The notes under the pieces are model-generated. The model was given only the letters and a program-made list of their open reading frames with translations, was not told the DNA's origin and ran no database searches. Of a stretch of DNA of 64,000 nucleotides, positions 60,101 to 64,000 are shown piece after piece. The first letter of the stretch is position 1; the number at the start of each line of letters is the position of its first letter. Where the stretch lies: positions 43,586,001-43,650,000 of the forward strand of contig NC_045138.2 in NCBI RefSeq assembly GCF_008831285.2, read 5' to 3'. The position numbers were made by a program, and so were the translations under genes. Source of the stretch: Nymphaea colorata. Lineage: Eukaryota.

Positions 60101-62809
60101 TTGTAGCTATTTAGGCACATCCATGTGAGATAGCTAGGGACTTTGATTTAGGGCACATTACAATTGAACTATTGTTTTATTTCTTACCTCTTTTGTAAGT
60201 AAATATAAGATTTTTAACATACTAAATATGTTATTGAACTTAGTTACTATACATAGGTTCATTGTTCTTTTGCTTGATTTATTAGTATCTACAATCTTGA
60301 TTTTACTATTAGTTGGGTATACAATTAGCAATTTGGTCACTAGATTTCACCTGAGAGTCTGATTACATGTGTATGTTAGGTAACTTGGGTTAGGTTAGAA
60401 AACCATAGTTAGATCATGGGCCATAACTGCTACAACTACCTACGTATGTATCTCATTATATCCCTTTGGTCCTAAGCCGGAGAGATTATTTTGTCCTCAT
60501 TGATTCTGAAGGCAAATGGGTGACCAAATGGAGCCTAGTGGTCAACCTGATTCCCTGAGGCTCCCCGACTTACCCACAGCTAAGCAAACTTGGTATTCCT
60601 CTTGTCTATCCTCTTTTTTAATCCAGCTGTAGTTTACCTATTTCATTTTAATTACTACATTTTTTTAGATATTTTGAGGTGAATGAACATTGTTTCTGAG
60701 TTTGTGAAATAATTAACTAAAGCGGAGAAGGACTGGTTTGAGAATCAGTCCCTCGTTGCATTCATTAGTTTTAGTTTCATTTATTTAGCATATGGGTTGG
60801 CCTGTTTTCCTATTTTAGTTAATGCTTTTATGTTGTTTTACTGTAGATTTCAGAGTTTCTATTTTGATCAAGTAGATTACACCTTGGTCTAGTCATTAAA
60901 ATAGGTAGAAATAGGGTAGGATTTAAGGTTTCAATCTGGCCCAGTTCAGTGTCAGGCCTGAATATTAAAAGACTCAAGATGACATTTCATGTGGATTTTT
61001 TGTGAGGTCTTTAAAATTTCAGGAACAGGTGACCTTAGATGTATAGAAACTATAGTGCAAATTCCATAATTTCTAAGAGTTAATTTGTAAAAAAATTTTG
61101 AAGTTGACCTGACAAAACGGGTTGAGCATGTGTCAGGTTTTTTATTTTTCCTTTTAATTACTTTTAAGTGATCAATAAATTAGGAAGAAATCTGATTTTT
61201 TTTTCCTAGTTGTTCTCTAATGTATCCCAAGTTAGTCCTGGTCTTAGTTTGGATTCAATTCACTATTTTAGGCCGGTGTATTGGTCGATCTTTGAAACCA
61301 CGCAGAAATTGCAGCTTCCTGTTCTCTAGATAGACTAGAGACTTGTGGGGGAAAATTTCATATACCAAGGTTTGCCTTATTTTCTGTATGTGGCAAGTTT
61401 AGGTGCATAGAATCAAATTTGGGAAACTTCAGAGCCAAATTAGTCTATATTAATAAAATTCAAGATTCTCAGAATCTAGAACTTTGACCACATTGTTAGA
61501 ATTTTTCCTGTGCCGTAGGAATTTGATTTTTCAGTGCTTTCTTTTTCTGTAGTCTCTTAGAAGAATCCAGATTAATTGTAATGATTTCTACTCAACTTTA
61601 AAAGAACTTCCACTGTTCTGTTTTTTGCAATTTCCTCATTCTGTTCAAAGTTGTTCTTTTCTGTTTATCTGTTCTTAAAAAGTAGGAGTTTGTTAAGAAG
61701 GCCAACAGACTACACCAAGCAGCATGATCATTGTTAAGAAAAAATAAGTTTTCTTCGGCTTCCTGCTTTCCTTTTAACTCCGTTCTCTGTCTTTCCTTTT
61801 AATTCCAAAATTAGGTTGCATAGACTAATTGACCATAACCAATTTTTGTGGAATTTCCCAAACAAGTGGCAAGTCTCACATCATCTCGTCGCATTGGATT
61901 ACTTGCAGTTAATGTTGTTTGTCCAAGGGATGCCTAATGGTAATACTGGCAATTATAAACTCATTGTAACTAAAAAGCTTCATCTACTTATCTCGTTTTT
62001 CTTTCTCTTTCTACCTTTCTTCTAGTCTATTCCACCTACCAGTCAAAAGAAGGTGGAGGATGCAGGACAAACAGATCTAACAATAGGTCTCAAGGATAAA
62101 ATCCAATCTGCCAAAACCAAAAGGAATCTCCAGAATTTCCATTCTAGTCCTTTATATATTGTTCTTCCAGTAGAATTAACCACTGGAGAAGAAGTAGAAT
62201 TTCCATTCTATTTCGAATCAGATGCAAGTCTTCCGGTTCGGCAGAAGTCGCCACTGAGAAAAAGAAGAACCAGACTTGCTATTTTGCGCCAGAAAATGGA
62301 GGGACGGGATGGAAGATAAATCTAGACTTTCAATGAACGCCAACAACTCATTTAGGGACCGACCGAGCGAAAAGACGGGCAGCAAACGAAGTTCAAACAT
62401 TAGCAAATTAAGGACCTCGTTTCATTCATGGCTCTTCCAATCGAGTAGCGTATAGCTGAATATTGAAAAACTAGATCCCCAAACGCTACGAAATGCGGAA
62501 ATTAAACACACTAGGACAAAGACAGTTTCGACTCACCCTTCTTCGCATCTCATATTTACACGAACTTCTTACCTCAAGGAGACAGACAACCCACGAACAA
62601 AAAATTCTCTATGATATACTGACAGGAACTCTCCCACCCAGAGAAAGAGAGAGAGGGAGAGAGGACCTGCTTGAATTCACCAGCCTGTTGGCAGAAAGAA
62701 ATGAAGCTGTTGGGTTAACTGAGGTGAGAACAGCACTTCGTCGCGACCCCTCGATCACCAGGCGAGGGTGGAAGGATTGACTGCCGCAGCAGGCCGATGC
62801 AGCTGACAT
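42374..62809 (-). CDS. RPE: Ribulose-5-phosphate 3-epimerase, chloroplastic (transit peptide); 9 coding exons, 291 aa
   Basis: Exons 62809-62667, 54279-54168, 53226-53086, 52936-52823, 46162-46084, 42911-42802, 42712-42656, 42585-42516, 42423-42374. All introns are GT-AG with consistent phases; 876 nt. Motifs [68 protein letters not shown]. Confidence 0.96.
42516..42585 (-). CDS. RPE: RPE exon 8
   Basis: tgacag| [23 protein letters not shown] |gtgcgt. Confidence 0.96.
42656..42712 (-). CDS. RPE: RPE exon 7
   Basis: ttgcag| [19 protein letters not shown] |gttcca. Confidence 0.96.
42802..42911 (-). CDS. RPE: RPE exon 6
   Basis: gaatag| (A)[36 protein letters not shown] |gtagtc. Confidence 0.96.
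44340..45803 (-). mobile_element. Degenerate, truncated Copia relic in RPE intron 5 (5' LTR, PBS, leader)
   Basis: TG...CA LTR-like unit 45620-45803 shares the GA tract and agagattagggtt motif with the 180-bp LTR family. Degenerate PBS gctctctcacca at 45608-45619. Leader rich in cagatct repeats, like 59080-59400. Left boundary uncertain. Confidence 0.6.
46084..46162 (-). CDS. RPE: RPE exon 5
   Basis: attcag| [26 protein letters not shown] |gtaaat. Confidence 0.96.
46906..52166 (+). mobile_element. Ty1/copia LTR retrotransposon, very young, full length (5261 bp), in RPE intron 4
   Basis: 278-bp LTRs 46906-47183 and 51889-52166 with 1 mismatch. Perfect TSD AAGAT at 46901-46905 and 52167-52171. 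PBS tggtatcagagc at 47184-47195; PPT gagggggag before 51889. Confidence 0.98.
47551..51894 (+). pseudogene. gag-pol of the young Copia (two premature stops, +1 and -1 frameshifts)
   Basis: ATG at 47551; [66 protein letters not shown]. Stops at 49879-49881 and 50437-50439; frameshifts in an A-run at ~51077-51080 and a G-run at 51481-51485. Confidence 0.93.
52823..52936 (-). CDS. RPE: RPE exon 4
   Basis: caatag| [38 protein letters not shown] |gtgagt. Confidence 0.96.
53086..53226 (-). CDS. RPE: RPE exon 3
   Basis: ttgcag| [28 protein letters not shown]...LDVHL |gtaaga. Confidence 0.96.
54128..54165. repeat. (AAG/CTT)n microsatellite abutting the RPE exon 2 donor
   Basis: About 12 AAG units begin immediately inside intron 2. 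Confidence 0.95.
54168..54279 (-). CDS. RPE: RPE exon 2
   Basis: CAGCAG acceptor (start 54282 or 54279); [14 protein letters not shown]...[15 protein letters not shown] |gtttct. Confidence 0.92.
55603..59824 (-). mobile_element. Internally deleted, probably chimeric Ty1/copia element in RPE intron 1
   Basis: PBS at 59600-59611 next to LTR 59612-~59824; PPT next to LTR 55603-55841. The two LTRs do not match and no TSD is visible. PR/INT (56530-58350) closely resembles the 18469-23779 element; most of gag and RT is missing. Confidence 0.85.
62667..62809 (-). CDS. RPE: RPE exon 1 (Ser-rich plastid transit peptide)
   Basis: [13 protein letters not shown]...RLVNSS(R); donor AG|GTCCTC is phase 2 and matches the exon 2 acceptor. 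Confidence 0.8.
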
Positions 62810-62936
62810 CTTTGACCTCCTCAACAAATAGAACACCAAAATGCACCTCCCTCACTTCCCCCGCTTCCTCGTCCTCCTGTGCTCTCTACCGGTCGGGCGC
62901 GCAAGGCGAAAGCAAACGTCCACCAGCACCTAAGAC

Positions 62937-63004
62937 GATAAGGGAGCTGTGCTGAAGTTTCGGCAGGCCAAAGATAGCCACGTGTCCCGTCACGCTCTCT
63001 TATC
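62937..63004 (-). promoter_or_regulatory. I-box / G-box / I-box module upstream of RPE (putative light-responsive promoter)
   Basis: GATAAG 62937-62942, gcCACGTGtc core 62979-62984 and CTTATC 62999-63004, located 130-195 bp upstream of the ATG. Confidence 0.55.
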
Positions 63005-63714
63005 TACCTCTGACCACGGTGCCTCAACCCCTAAGGGCCTCCGGAGACAAACCAAAGCCAGGTTGGCCCCATCTCTCTTTGTCTCCTCGATGGTAGACCA
63101 ACCCCTTGGTTGTCACGTATCTTGTGGTCCCGCCCTCAAGTCAGTCCCATTATAAACCTATCCGCCGCCCGCCGTTTTCTCGACAATGATGCCCTGCCCT
63201 CGCATCGAGACATTGCCCTTCCTACCGAGTCCCGACGAGTCTGCCCATGTACTATTCCTTTAGTCTACTGTGATGTGCAAACTCCATCGACTCCTAGCAT
63301 GCTGCTTGTTTGTCTGAATCGACTGTGTGAAACTTAAAAGAGAGCATAGCAGCATAGAACTAATCGTGCATGACTTGGGAAAGTAGCGTTTGGTGCTATG
63401 GCAATGAAAACTCTGGTTGAAGGCTAAGAAATCCCATCTATTGTAGCGCAAGGTGGGCTGCGTTAAAATTTCATGGTTTAGTACTTGTTTTCTGTGATGA
63501 ATAGGTTCCTGCATCATAGGAGTGGAAGTGCACAATGAGTGGCGAAGAATTCAAACACCATTAATTTTAACACCTTTATGATCATTTGTCTCACATAATG
63601 GCTTCATTTTGTGTTAAACATGTGATCACTGCAAAAAAAAAAAGATGGATTCACTGACATGTAAGAAAATGAATTTGTCTCATACAATAGCCTCCTTCGT
63701 GTTAAACATGTGAA

Positions 63715-64000
63715 CACTACAAAAAAAAAAAAAAAAAACAAGGATGAATTCATTGACATGTGAAATGAATGTCTGTGAAAGGCCACCTTTACTGACGTGC
63801 AGTGGTATATGTTGATGAAAATTATTTTTTATCAACATATGAGGAAAAAAACGTCGGTGAAAAGTAGCCTTCACGGACATGTGACGATAGGGTGTCGTTG
63901 AACTTGGGCTTTTCTCCACATCTGTTTGCAAACATCACTAAACAAGTAATTTTTATGGACGTCCAGCAATGAACGTATGTAAAAAGTGACTTTGTTGACA
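63715..64000. mobile_element. CACTA (En/Spm) DNA transposon terminus with subterminal repeats; runs off the window edge
   Basis: CACTACAAAAAA at 63715 is followed by dispersed variants of a cactgacatgt-like motif in both orientations. A CACTG variant copy lies at 63627. Confidence 0.65.

Noticed and set aside
60160..61700. Possible gypsy LTR remnant in RPE intron 1
   Set aside because: Composition is suggestive, but no termini, PBS, TSD or partner copy could be fixed by eye.
1..64000. Species assignment, or a novel prokaryotic-type system
   Set aside because: The content is clearly plant nuclear DNA. The species cannot be determined without a database search, and all long ORFs are explained by retrotransposon proteins or the two host genes.

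Overview
Eukaryotic (flowering-plant) nuclear DNA, dominated by LTR retrotransposons, with two convergent intron-containing genes. Both genes can be spliced by hand into intact reading frames with GT-AG boundaries. (1) + strand 11231-30797: an 8-exon, 535-aa O-fucosyltransferase-family (DUF246/GT106) gene resembling the rhamnogalacturonan-I rhamnosyltransferase (RRT) clade. Its 10.4-kb intron 4 holds a Copia element nested inside another Copia element, both with perfect 5-bp target-site duplications (TSDs). (2) - strand 62809-42374: a 9-exon, 291-aa chloroplast ribulose-5-phosphate 3-epimerase (RPE). Intron 4 carries a very young full-length Copia (1 LTR mismatch in 278 bp), intron 1 carries a deleted, apparently chimeric Copia, and an I-box/G-box/I-box module lies upstream. 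The left 10.4 kb is a Ty3/gypsy pile-up: an old pol relic interrupted by a chromodomain-bearing element and abutted by a Del/Tekay-type element with a 3.25-kb LTR. The intergenic block at 31.8-40.6 kb has a LINE 3' end, a Copia lacking almost all of its 5' LTR, and gypsy relics. A CACTA terminus lies at the right edge. I found no CRISPR array, rRNA or tRNA gene, and no convincing wholly novel protein system. The most interesting signals are structural: nesting, chimerism, LTR hairpins, intronic orientation bias and possible alternative splicing.
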